Below are positions 10,590 through 19,481 of a DNA stretch of 64,000 nt, in pieces (position 1 is the stretch's first letter; every line of letters starts with the position of its first letter). The notes below the pieces were generated by a model. That model searched no databases. It was not told the DNA's origin and was given only the letters and a program-made list of their open reading frames with translations. The DNA comes from Polyangiaceae bacterium. GTDB taxonomy: Bacteria > Myxococcota_A > Polyangia > Polyangiales > Polyangiaceae. Location of the stretch: contig JBNKBE010000012.1 in NCBI GenBank assembly GCA_050287085.1, forward strand, positions 96,001-160,000, in the 5' to 3' direction. The position numbers and the translations under genes were made by a program.

Positions 10590-11464
10590 CGCAGCTCGAA
10601 ACCAATAGGCCTCCAGCTTGGCATTCGCCAAAGAAGAGACTCGGCCGCGGCGTCGTCGCAGCCAGTGCCCTTGCGTCGGGGCTGCTGCTCTGCCCACACG
10701 CTCGAGCGCAGGGAGTCGACGAGTTCGGAAGCTACGGCGAAAAGTCGCTTTCCAGTGCACAAGCCTGGGCCCTCGAGCTCCGCTTTGGGCGCTACGATCT
10801 GGACATCGGGAGCGAGTTCAACGGCGCAAGCGGGTTGTCGACGCGCGCGCGCAACAACCTCGGCAACGAAGCGGGCAGCGTGTTGAGCGAAACGGAGTTG
10901 GCCGATTTCGACAACACCTTCTTCGGTTCGAAACCACGCTACCAGATCGGGATCGAATACGACTGGCAGCCGCTACGGTTGAAGAACTATCTATCGTTTG
11001 GACCCGGTCTGAGCGTAGGCATGACGCAGTTTGACACCCGCTCGTTCACCCTCAGTGGGGAACGAAGCAAGCAGGACTCCTCGCTCAGCATCGTCCCACT
11101 GCACCTACTTGGTGTGCTCCGCGTGGACGCGCTTGCCAACAACACCGTCATTCCGCTGGTCCCTTACGGCAAGCTCGGCGTCGGCACAGCCTTCTGGTGG
11201 TTTGACGATGGCGTGGACACGGCAAAGGGCGCCAGCGGCAAAGCGGCCAAAGGAACGTCCTCTGGCCTGGTCTGGGCCCTGGGGCTAATGTTGCGCCTGG
11301 ACATGTTGGAGCCCACCTCCAGCGCCGACCTAGACGCAACCTACGGCATCAATCACAGTTATGTCTTCCTTGAATGGGTCGACAGTCAGCTCGACAACTT
11401 CGGAGGCAAGGCACTTCGGGTCGGCAGTAGCGCCTGGACGACAGGAATAGCCCTCGAATACTGA
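10586..11464 (+). CDS. Outer-membrane beta-barrel protein (resembles MXAN_2562 family)
   Basis: GTGA overlap with upstream stop; signal peptide; ELRFGRY, LVPYGKLG and YGINHSYVFLEW strands; C-terminal aromatic residue (ALEY). Confidence 0.75.
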   Translation: MTQLETNRPPAWHSPKKRLGRGVVAASALASGLLLCPHARAQGVDEFGSYGEKSLSSAQAWALELRFGRYDLDIGSEFNGASGLSTRARNNLGNEAGSVLSETELADFDNTFFGSKPRYQIGIEYDWQPLRLKNYLSFGPGLSVGMTQFDTRSFTLSGERSKQDSSLSIVPLHLLGVLRVDALANNTVIPLVPYGKLGVGTAFWWFDDGVDTAKGASGKAAKGTSSGLVWALGLMLRLDMLEPTSSADLDATYGINHSYVFLEWVDSQLDNFGGKALRVGSSAWTTGIALEY

Positions 11465-11511
11465 GCGGGCCTGCAGCCGCTCCCAGGGGCAGCGGTGGCT
11501 ACCGCGGCCCC
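11463..11511. terminator. GC-rich hairpins between convergent genes (possible terminator)
   Basis: GAGCGG-N8-CCGCTC followed by GGGGC...GCCCC; no U-tract. Confidence 0.3.
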
Positions 11512-11522
11512 ATTGCCCCTAC

Positions 11523-12647
11523 CTAATTGGGTCGCTCGGCTCTTGCCTTTCCGGCAGCTCCGCCTCGTCCTTTGGCTGCGCCGTTGGGCACCTCAGCCCC
11601 CTCGGACTTTGCCGCGGGTTCTTCCACCTGAATCTTGGGGATGACGCCGTGATGCTCTAGTAGCTGCCGCTCAATCTGGGTGAGCAGCTCGGGACGACTT
11701 GCCAAATAGGCCCGTGCATTCTCTCGCCCCTGCCCTATGCGCTCACTGCCTATCGAATACCAGGCCCCACTCTTCGTGATGATCCCAGCGTCCGCGCCCA
11801 TATCCACCAGCTCCCCGGTGCGGCTGATCCCCTGACCATAAAGGATATCGAACTCAACCTCTTTGAAGGGCGCCGCCATCTTGTTCTTGACGACCTTGAT
11901 CCGAGTGCGATTCCCGATCACCACGGGTTCGCCGTTCTTGGTCTCCTTGAGCGCCCCAATCCGCCGAATGTCGAGTCGTTGCGAGGCGTAGAACTTCAAC
12001 GCATTGCCGCCGGTAGTGGTCTCGGGGCTACCAAACATGACACCGATCTTCATACGAATCTGATTGGTGAACATCAACACACACTTGGAACGGTTAACGC
12101 TACCGGTCAACTTGCGCAGCGCCTGACTCATCAAACGCGCCTGAAGTCCGACATGGGAATCCCCCATATCACCCTCGATTTCCGCTTTGGGAACCAGGGC
12201 TGCCACGGAGTCGACGACCACCATGTCAACAGCCCCCGACCGCACCAACATATCGGCGATTTCTAGCGCCTGCTCCCCGTGGTCAGGCTGACTGATGAGC
12301 AACTCTTCCGTTCTAACGCCGAGATGACGGGCGTAGGTTACGTCGAGAGCATGTTCCGCATCGATGAACGCCGCCACTCCACCCTGTTTCTGAACACCGG
12401 CAATGGCATGCAGCATCAGGGTGGTCTTCCCGCTCGACTCGGGACCGTAGATTTCAACGATGCGGCCGCGTGGATATCCGCCAATGCCGAGCCCGATATC
12501 CAAGCCCACGGAGCCGGTCGGCACCACGGGAATGTCACCGCCGATCTTTTCACCCTCCGCCAGACGCATGATCGCGCCCTTGCCAAATTCCTTCTCTACG
12601 CTGGCGATAGCGATGTCCAACGCGCGGGCCTTATTCTTGTCTTCCAT
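11523..12647 (-). CDS. recA: Recombinase RecA
   Basis: [48 protein letters not shown] and [10 protein letters not shown] motifs. Confidence 0.99.
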   Translation of the reverse strand: MEDKNKARALDIAIASVEKEFGKGAIMRLAEGEKIGGDIPVVPTGSVGLDIGLGIGGYPRGRIVEIYGPESSGKTTLMLHAIAGVQKQGGVAAFIDAEHALDVTYARHLGVRTEELLISQPDHGEQALEIADMLVRSGAVDMVVVDSVAALVPKAEIEGDMGDSHVGLQARLMSQALRKLTGSVNRSKCVLMFTNQIRMKIGVMFGSPETTTGGNALKFYASQRLDIRRIGALKETKNGEPVVIGNRTRIKVVKNKMAAPFKEVEFDILYGQGISRTGELVDMGADAGIITKSGAWYSIGSERIGQGRENARAYLASRPELLTQIERQLLEHHGVIPKIQVEEPAAKSEGAEVPNGAAKGRGGAAGKARAERPN

Positions 12648-12731
12648 GACCTACTCCGATCCGCCATTTAGGGGCGGAAAGCCCCAGAAGCCAATGCTTC
12701 CGTTAGCTCAAACCGATTCACTTGTTCAGTG

Positions 12732-12760
12732 TTTCTATCGGAGCACTGCTCGGATGTCAA
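12732..12760 (-). promoter_or_regulatory. recA sigma-70-type promoter with a palindromic spacer (candidate operator)
   Basis: Minus strand reads TTGACA-17 nt-TAGAAA; the spacer TCCGAGCAGTGCTCCGA is an imperfect inverted repeat. Confidence 0.6.
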
Positions 12761-13132
12761 CTTCTGGGCGGAACCACAATGTCCGCCCCCTGCCCCTACG
12801 AGGGCCGTGCTCGCCACCCCGAAACCCCTGAATCGGTGGACGCAGCATAGAAAGAGCGGCTCTCGGCGGTGTTTCCGGGGCACGGCGTCAAGGACGCCAC
12901 AAAGCGTCCCGCATAGAAGCAGGGCTGCCAACAAGGAACGGACCGAAGACAGCCCTGCTGGACGCCTGCGGGCGGCAGGCGCCGAAGCGCCCATCCGGAG
13001 CGACGCAATCCACGGTGCTGAAGCCGCCAGCTGTCTGCCAGCGGAGCATCGCCCGTGTCGCTACGAGACATGCCCATCGGTGCCCCCGCCGTGAACTTCA
13101 GTCTAGTTGCGTGTAATCCGTTCTTACTAGAT

Positions 13133-13777
13133 ATGGCACCGTTGAGTAACAACTCTAGAGACTGGAGCGTGCGTGGCTTCTCGCTAGTCGAGCTGCTGAT
13201 CGTCATCGCCATTCTCGCGGTGCTGGGGACTCTCGCGGGGCATGGCGTTCGCCGCTACGCCGCGTCGGCGATGTCCGCGGAGGCGGTGAATTCCCTGGGA
13301 GCGATCGCGCGGGGCGTGGTCATGAACGCCAAGCCGCTCGTCGTTACGGATGAAGCAGTCAGCGGCAAGAGCGGCAAAAGCAAAGGCGGTGGTGCCACCG
13401 TCGTGCACAATTATTCCGGGGGCTTGTGCCCCGACGCGCAACCGGTTCCAGCAACTCTGGAGGCGGTCGCCGGGAAGAAGTACCAAGCGTCCCCGAGGGA
13501 CTTTGTCGACGACGGGTGGACGTGCATCGGATTCACGATGGAGATGCCCCAACGCTATCAGTATCACTATTATGTGGGAGGTCCCCCGGTGCAGGTCCAT
13601 CTGCCCCACGGCGGAAGTCCCGCCGGACTCGATCGCGAGCTTACCTGGACCGCTGGAGCGATCGGAGATCTGGACGGTGACGGCGACGAATCAAGTTTCT
13701 CCCTGAGCGGCTACCTGACGGACGACGGTATCGTCATAGCGGCCCCGGCCATCGAAACCGAATCGCCGTGGGAATGA
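13133..13777 (+). CDS. Type IV pilin-like protein
   Basis: Prepilin cleavage site RG|FSLVELLIVIAIL with E5; EAVNSLGAI; two Cys; C-terminal AIGDLDGDG motif typical of delta/myxobacterial pilins. Confidence 0.88.
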   Translation: MAPLSNNSRDWSVRGFSLVELLIVIAILAVLGTLAGHGVRRYAASAMSAEAVNSLGAIARGVVMNAKPLVVTDEAVSGKSGKSKGGGATVVHNYSGGLCPDAQPVPATLEAVAGKKYQASPRDFVDDGWTCIGFTMEMPQRYQYHYYVGGPPVQVHLPHGGSPAGLDRELTWTAGAIGDLDGDGDESSFSLSGYLTDDGIVIAAPAIETESPWE

Positions 13778-13791
13778 GCGCTCGGCTGCGT

Positions 13792-15027
13792 CTAGCCCTC
13801 GGCCGCGGGCTCACGCCGGCGGATCTCGACGCGTTCAACCCGGCGGGGACCGGCCGCTGTAACTTTGAACTCGACGTCGCGATGCGTCAACACTTCACCC
13901 ACCCGTGGCACCCTGCCGGCGAGTTCGAATAGGTACCCACCCAGGCTCACAGAATCGCTCTCGGCATCTTCCCAGTCCAGCGCCTCGAATACCTTACGCG
14001 TCTCCGCCCAACCACGGCAGATGAGCACGCCGTCGCTGCGTTTGACGATGAAAGTCGTGGCGCGATCGGTCTCATCCTCGATCTCTCCCACGATCTCCTC
14101 AAGGACGTCCTCTAGCGTGACCAAGCCTTGGGTTCCCCCATACTCGTCAACGACGATCGCCATGTGGCGACGTTCGGTGCGAAACAGCTCGAGCAGGCGT
14201 TCCAATGGTGCCGTTTCCGGAACAACGAGCGCCTTGTCGACAACCTGCTGCCAATCAACATCACCCGGTTGTTCATAAATCTGGAACAGTAGGGCCTTAG
14301 CAAGAACGATACCCGATATTTCGTCTGGATTGCCGCTTTCCGAAAAAGGAAAACGACTGTGTCCCAGCTGCTTGACTATTCGGAGGTTCTCTTCGAGCGA
14401 ACGGGTCGCAGACAGCATCGCCATGCCCCCGCGCGGCACCATCACATCGCGGGCGCGCAGCTTCCGCAAGTTGACCGCCCCCTCGATCATTTCTGCGACG
14501 CTCGGCAGAACCACCCCCTCGGTACTGCCCAAGGCCGCGAGCAAGCGCAGCTCCTCAGGCGACGTGATAGGAACCTCGTTGCCCGAACGCAGCCAGCCTG
14601 AAAGGAGTCGCGTCAGAAAGATCGGGATGCGCAAGACCCAAACGAAGAACTGAACTCCGTAGGCGACAGGGATAGCTAGCCGGGCCGCCAGCGCGACCCC
14701 CAAGGTCTTGGGCACGATCTCGGTGAACAGCAGAATCGAAACCGTGAAGACGGCCGTGAAGATCCAAAGCGGCGTTTGCGGAAAGACTTTGCCAAACGAA
14801 GCCCCCGCCACCATCGAGCCAGCGGTGTTGGCCACGGTGTTGAGGATCAGGATTGCCGCAATAGGAACGTCGATCTCGCGCTTGAACTTGCGCAGGATCC
14901 GCCCCGGACGACTGCTGCCCAGTGCTTCTACTTCCGAGTGTCGAACCGACAGCAATACCGCTTCGGAAATCGAACAAAGAAATGAGATCACCAGCGCGGT
15001 GACTACCGCGACGACGAATGCGAGCAT
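13792..15027 (-). CDS. CNNM/CorC-family protein (DUF21 + CBS pair + CorC_HlyC)
   Basis: CSISEAVLLS, ILILNTVAN, EIVPKTL, HSRFP and AIVVDEYGGTQGLVTLEDVLEEIVGEIEDE motifs. Confidence 0.93.
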   Translation of the reverse strand: MLAFVVAVVTALVISFLCSISEAVLLSVRHSEVEALGSSRPGRILRKFKREIDVPIAAILILNTVANTAGSMVAGASFGKVFPQTPLWIFTAVFTVSILLFTEIVPKTLGVALAARLAIPVAYGVQFFVWVLRIPIFLTRLLSGWLRSGNEVPITSPEELRLLAALGSTEGVVLPSVAEMIEGAVNLRKLRARDVMVPRGGMAMLSATRSLEENLRIVKQLGHSRFPFSESGNPDEISGIVLAKALLFQIYEQPGDVDWQQVVDKALVVPETAPLERLLELFRTERRHMAIVVDEYGGTQGLVTLEDVLEEIVGEIEDETDRATTFIVKRSDGVLICRGWAETRKVFEALDWEDAESDSVSLGGYLFELAGRVPRVGEVLTHRDVEFKVTAAGPRRVERVEIRRREPAAEG

Positions 15028-15148
15028 CTTTCGGTGATCTTACCAGAGCAAGACGCGATTCGGAGGCCGAATGCCTGAAGAATCACCGCAGAAGCGGGCT
15101 TGGGTCGCCGTCGATCCCAGCGCGGGCGCCCCGATCTACGCCTTTGAG

Positions 15149-16399
15149 CTATTTGGCTTGCGCCAGGCCGCGCATCACCTGTTGCTTCAATCGCTTGTTC
15201 TTGAGCGTCGTGTCGGCCACGGGAGCTGCTGGGGAGCGGACCCCTGATTCGCTCGAAGCGGCTGTTTCGGGCGCGGCGAAAGCTGGCTGGCCTGCTGCGA
15301 TGATGACCGGTGCCGGAGCGTTCATTCGCTGCCCGACCTGCACACCAAGTCCGGCGCCCAAGGCGGCGGCAAAAACCGCCACCACCGCGCGGGAAGGTGC
15401 GGGCAGCCCCAGGGCATCAACGACGCGACGCGGCAGTGAAACCCCGGCTTTGGCCATGGATTCGCGATGTTCAGCGCGCACCAGGGCAGGCAAGCGGTCC
15501 GTCGCGCGACGCCGCGGAGTGCGCCCCAACTCCTTGGGATCCGTCGACAAGCGTCGTGCGATGTCCGTCAAACGCAGGCACAGCTGTTCCGCCGATCGCA
15601 TGCGCCGATCACGGTCCTTCTGTAGACACAACTCGATGACCTCAGCCAACTCACGATCCAGCTGGGGCAGCAACTCCAACAGCGGTCGATGCGGGCTCGA
15701 CATTATGTCGACCATCAGGGCGTTGTAGTTCGTATTGCGAAACGGCAATTTTCCCGTCAGCGCTTGATACATCGAGACGCCCATCGACCAAACGTCGGTG
15801 CGAGCGTCCACGCTGCCCGCGCCCCGAGCCTGCTCCGGACTCATGAAGATGGGATTGCCGAGCACGGCACCACTTTGCGTGACGCTCTGCCCGTCGTAGT
15901 CGGGTCCGAGGGTCTTGCTCACTCCAAAGTCGAGGATCTTCGGGGTGATGGCGCCGTCTTTGCTACGGCATAAGAAGATGTTGTTGGTCGATAGATCACG
16001 ATGAATGACCCCAGCGTCGTGCGCCGCCTGCAGCGCCGAAGCGATCTGCGCGAAGTACGCAGCGGTCTTCAAGGGAGACAGAGCGCCCTCGCGCTCCACC
16101 AGGCTCTCCATCTCTTCGCCGTGCAACAACTCCATCACGATGAAGGGCGTGTTGTCCTGGCCCATGGCCACATCGTAGACATCGACGATGTGCGGATGCC
16201 GCAAGGTGCCGGTGGTTTTGGCCTCGCGCACAAAGCGGTCAAAAGCCTCTTGATTGCGGGCGAACTCCGGAAGCAAGAACTTGATGGCGAACTCACGGTT
16301 CGTAAGCTCGTTCAGCGCGGCCCAGACTTCCCCCATACCGCCCGTGCCCAAGGGGCGAATCAGGCGGTACCGTCCTGCGATGCGTTCTCCAGTGTTCAC
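15149..16399 (-). CDS. Hanks-type Ser/Thr protein kinase with C-terminal TM helix
   Basis: LGTGGMGEVW, FAIK, HRDLSTNN, DFG, MSPEQ and DVWSMG subdomains. Confidence 0.93.
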   Translation of the reverse strand: MNTGERIAGRYRLIRPLGTGGMGEVWAALNELTNREFAIKFLLPEFARNQEAFDRFVREAKTTGTLRHPHIVDVYDVAMGQDNTPFIVMELLHGEEMESLVEREGALSPLKTAAYFAQIASALQAAHDAGVIHRDLSTNNIFLCRSKDGAITPKILDFGVSKTLGPDYDGQSVTQSGAVLGNPIFMSPEQARGAGSVDARTDVWSMGVSMYQALTGKLPFRNTNYNALMVDIMSSPHRPLLELLPQLDRELAEVIELCLQKDRDRRMRSAEQLCLRLTDIARRLSTDPKELGRTPRRRATDRLPALVRAEHRESMAKAGVSLPRRVVDALGLPAPSRAVVAVFAAALGAGLGVQVGQRMNAPAPVIIAAGQPAFAAPETAASSESGVRSPAAPVADTTLKNKRLKQQVMRGLAQAK

Positions 16400-16487
16400 G
16401 CCCGGACGCTAAGCAGGTTCGAGGGCACTGGGCCAACAAAGGGGTGCCTAATTATTGAACCGAGCCACGCGCCCAGGCACGAGGCTC

Positions 16488-17630
16488 CTAGCGGGCCGAG
16501 GCTGGCGCTCGGAGCTGCGCCTGCTGACGCTGCAGCAACTGGGCAACCATCCGAGAGCGCTCGACGGCAAATTGCTTGACGTCGCGCTGCGGTGAGGCGG
16601 AAAGCGCATTGAGAAGCTTGGTAACGCGCTCGATGTCTCGCGTTTGCATCAGCGCCTCAAAGTAGTTGTTCGCCAGGCGCACGTCGCGCACCATCTTGGA
16701 CTCGTGCGGGCGCAGCAACTCTATCACCTTGGGTAGCTCACCCTTCTGCCCATAGAGAGCCGATAGCGAAACGAGCGCCAGGCTGTTGTTGGAGTCACGC
16801 TCCACCGCTTTCTGAGCGAAAGCAAGCGCTCGCTCCCGGGAGTCTTCGCTGCCCGAAAATAGACTCTGGAGCGCGATGTAGGGTGCGGCGCTCTTTTTGT
16901 TCGGCTCGGCGGCGCCGAGGGCCTCGACTGCGGCGATGGCATCCTCCTCACCTGCAGCGTCCTTCGCCAAGCGGTAAAGAGATACCCACGCGTCGATGCA
17001 CTCCGGATCGGTGCTGATCGCCTTCTCTACCATCGTCCGAGCGCCGTCGGCGTCGCCCCGCTCTTTCTTGGCCCGGGCTAGGTGAAGCGCCGGGAATGGA
17101 CTCTGCGGCAACAGATTCAGGGCCCCATTGAGCGTGCCTTCGGCTTTCTCGCTCTGACCTGCAGCGAGCTGCGCCACCCCCAGCGCAAGCCAGTCCTCGC
17201 CCCCGCCGCCTCCGGCTACGAGCTTGGAGAGCACCGGCACGGCGTCCGCGGCCCGCCCATATTTCATGAGCTCCTGGGCGTAGATGCGGGCCCGTCCGAG
17301 ATCGGTGGGATTCTCCTGCCAGTGCTTCTCAAGCCCGGAAAGCAGATCGTTGAGCCCGATAGACAGGGGTCGCCCCTCATTGTCCGTGACCTGCACTGCG
17401 GGCCCGTTGAACCCAAGCAGCTCCCACATCTGATCGGGAGTCACGGCAAAAGGCCCGTCGTTGAGCTTCGCGACGAGCTCGTCGGTAGGCTTTTTGACCG
17501 GAAGAACAATCAGCGCGTTGGGGGGAACCCCCCCTGGAAACGCCCCAATCGGCGCCACGATCGCGGCGCCACCCTGAATCTGCAGACTCGCACCGACCGT
17601 CGCAGCGCCCGGGCTCTTTTCATCGCTCAT
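16488..17630 (-). CDS. TPR-repeat protein
   Basis: Several TPR-like helical repeats (WLALGVAQLAAG, ALVSLSALYGQKG); start MSDEK at 17630 inferred. Confidence 0.75.
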   Translation of the reverse strand: MSDEKSPGAATVGASLQIQGGAAIVAPIGAFPGGVPPNALIVLPVKKPTDELVAKLNDGPFAVTPDQMWELLGFNGPAVQVTDNEGRPLSIGLNDLLSGLEKHWQENPTDLGRARIYAQELMKYGRAADAVPVLSKLVAGGGGGEDWLALGVAQLAAGQSEKAEGTLNGALNLLPQSPFPALHLARAKKERGDADGARTMVEKAISTDPECIDAWVSLYRLAKDAAGEEDAIAAVEALGAAEPNKKSAAPYIALQSLFSGSEDSRERALAFAQKAVERDSNNSLALVSLSALYGQKGELPKVIELLRPHESKMVRDVRLANNYFEALMQTRDIERVTKLLNALSASPQRDVKQFAVERSRMVAQLLQRQQAQLRAPASAR

Positions 17631-17861
17631 GCCACGCCTGTTAGCAGTGGCCCGAAAGGGCGGCAACCTGCAGGACCAAGCCAACCGGCAAATCTTGTGT
17701 TTCACCCCTGAACACCGGCCGGAAAACTACAGGCGGACCTCCCTATCGAGAGCCCCGAGCGGGCTACTGCTAGCCCGGCGAAGACACGCTTTCGACCCTA
17801 CTCGCGCTGAATGCCGAGGCTGCGCTAGCGGTCCATGGGGGGGGAGGCTATACCTAACGCA

Positions 17862-18896
17862 ATGAGCGGCGTCGCCAATGTCCTTATCGCCATCCTGGGT
17901 CTGGCGGTGCTAATGGTGGTTCACGAATGCGGGCATCTGTTCGCTGCACGGGCGTTCAAGCTACGTGTGGTCCGCTTCAGTATCGGCTTTGGTCCAGCCC
18001 TTTGGCGAGTCCAAGCTCGGGGCAGCGAAACCGAGTACCAAATCGCCCTGATTCCGTTCATGGCCTATGTCCAAGTGGCGGGCATGAACCCTTTCGAAGA
18101 GGTCGAGCCAGACGATGAAGGCAGCTACGCAAACGCCAGCCTGACCGCCCGGATCAGCACCGTAATCGGCGGACCGCTTGCCAACTATCTATTTGCCTCC
18201 GTGCTGATGTTCGCCGCGTTCATGGCGTTTGGCGAACCCAATTTGCAATCCACTGTTGTCGACGTCCACCCCGACACCGCTGCGGAAGCAGCTCAGATGC
18301 AAACGGGGGACAAGATAGTTCAGTTGGGTGACCAGACGATCGAGAGCTTCGCAGACCTGCGTGACGTCGTGCTGCAGAACGCTGGCACTCCCCTCAAGAT
18401 GCTCGTGCAACGCGAGGGGCGCGAAGTTGCCCTGACAATCACGCCTCGTCCGACGGGCAAGGACGGCGCCGGCCAAATCGGTGTCAGTCCTACCCCGCAG
18501 TACGAACCCATTGCGTTCGGGGAAGCGGTCAGCCGCGCCATCGCTTTTCCCGCCGAAGTGGTGGAGCAACTGGTTGTCGGGCTGGTTCGAATGATCGCTC
18601 AAAAGGCTAAGCCCGACGTGAGCGGTCCAGTCGGGATCGTCAAAGCGGGGGCGGAGATGGTGAAGGCTGGCCCCTATGAGATCTTGTACTTCTTTGGGAT
18701 GCTGAGCGCTTATCTCGGAGGGTTCAACCTACTGCCTTTTCCCGGGCTGGATGGAGGCCGGCTGGCATTCCTTGGCTATGAGGCAGTCGCGAGGCGACGA
18801 CCGAACGCCAAAGTGGAGGCCCAAATTCACGCCTTTGGCTTGTTGATGTTCCTCGCCCTGATCGCGGTCGTTACCGTGCAGGACTTCCAGCGCTGA
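17862..18896 (+). CDS. rseP: RseP-like M50 intramembrane Zn protease with PDZ domain
   Basis: HECGH, FSIGFGP, GGPLAN, PDZ (GDKIV), SGPVGI and NLLPFPGLDGG motifs. Confidence 0.92.
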   Translation: MSGVANVLIAILGLAVLMVVHECGHLFAARAFKLRVVRFSIGFGPALWRVQARGSETEYQIALIPFMAYVQVAGMNPFEEVEPDDEGSYANASLTARISTVIGGPLANYLFASVLMFAAFMAFGEPNLQSTVVDVHPDTAAEAAQMQTGDKIVQLGDQTIESFADLRDVVLQNAGTPLKMLVQREGREVALTITPRPTGKDGAGQIGVSPTPQYEPIAFGEAVSRAIAFPAEVVEQLVVGLVRMIAQKAKPDVSGPVGIVKAGAEMVKAGPYEILYFFGMLSAYLGGFNLLPFPGLDGGRLAFLGYEAVARRRPNAKVEAQIHAFGLLMFLALIAVVTVQDFQR

Positions 18897-18944
18897 AGCG
18901 GCGGTCTCGACCGGCTCGCGACTGACATCCCCATCCGCGGGCCC

Positions 18945-19478
18945 CTACTCCTGCTGGAGGGTCAGCTCGATCGGGTCGGCGTAGGGATAGCCACACTCCT
19001 CCCGATGTCGGAGTTTCGGCTTGAACGTGACTGCAGCATACCCGTTCGGCTCGAGCAGGAGCTCTACCGCCTGATCCAGCTCCGGATCGTACCAGCCGAC
19101 AAGGGTGTATTGGCACCTTTCCTCGTCATAGAGCAGATTGGTCAGGTCATTGAAACCCGCGTCGCGGTCGGCAGGCGCGTGACTGGCACCAATACGTGCG
19201 TTGCTGATCTCGAAGGCCGGTCGCGGGCGCCCTCGACCCGAACTCTTGAGACAGACGGGCTGCCCCTCTTCGTCGACCAAAGTGACGGCAATCGGATCCG
19301 CATCGAACGTGTAGAGCTCGCACTCGCCATCGGGACGCCCGCAGGCGCTCGTCAGGAGCGCAGAAGGCAACACAACAAGAGCAGCCAGTACGACCGACCA
19401 CGACTCCTTGGGCTGCGGACAAAGCCCGCTACATCGCTGCGCAGCGCTCTTCTGCGAATGACTTGGCACAGGTCCCAT
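18945..19478 (-). CDS. Putative lipoprotein, last gene of the TonB cluster
   Basis: Lipobox LTSAC; starts 3 bp after the receptor stop; start uncertain. Confidence 0.6.
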   Translation of the reverse strand: MGPVPSHSQKSAAQRCSGLCPQPKESWSVVLAALVVLPSALLTSACGRPDGECELYTFDADPIAVTLVDEEGQPVCLKSSGRGRPRPAFEISNARIGASHAPADRDAGFNDLTNLLYDEERCQYTLVGWYDPELDQAVELLLEPNGYAAVTFKPKLRHREECGYPYADPIELTLQQE

Positions 19479-19481
19479 TGC

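Noticed and set aside
15149..16399. Pseudokinase, because the catalytic loop is HRDLSTNN
   Set aside because: The catalytic Asp, Asn, Lys and DFG are intact; Ser in place of Lys here is common in myxobacterial kinases.
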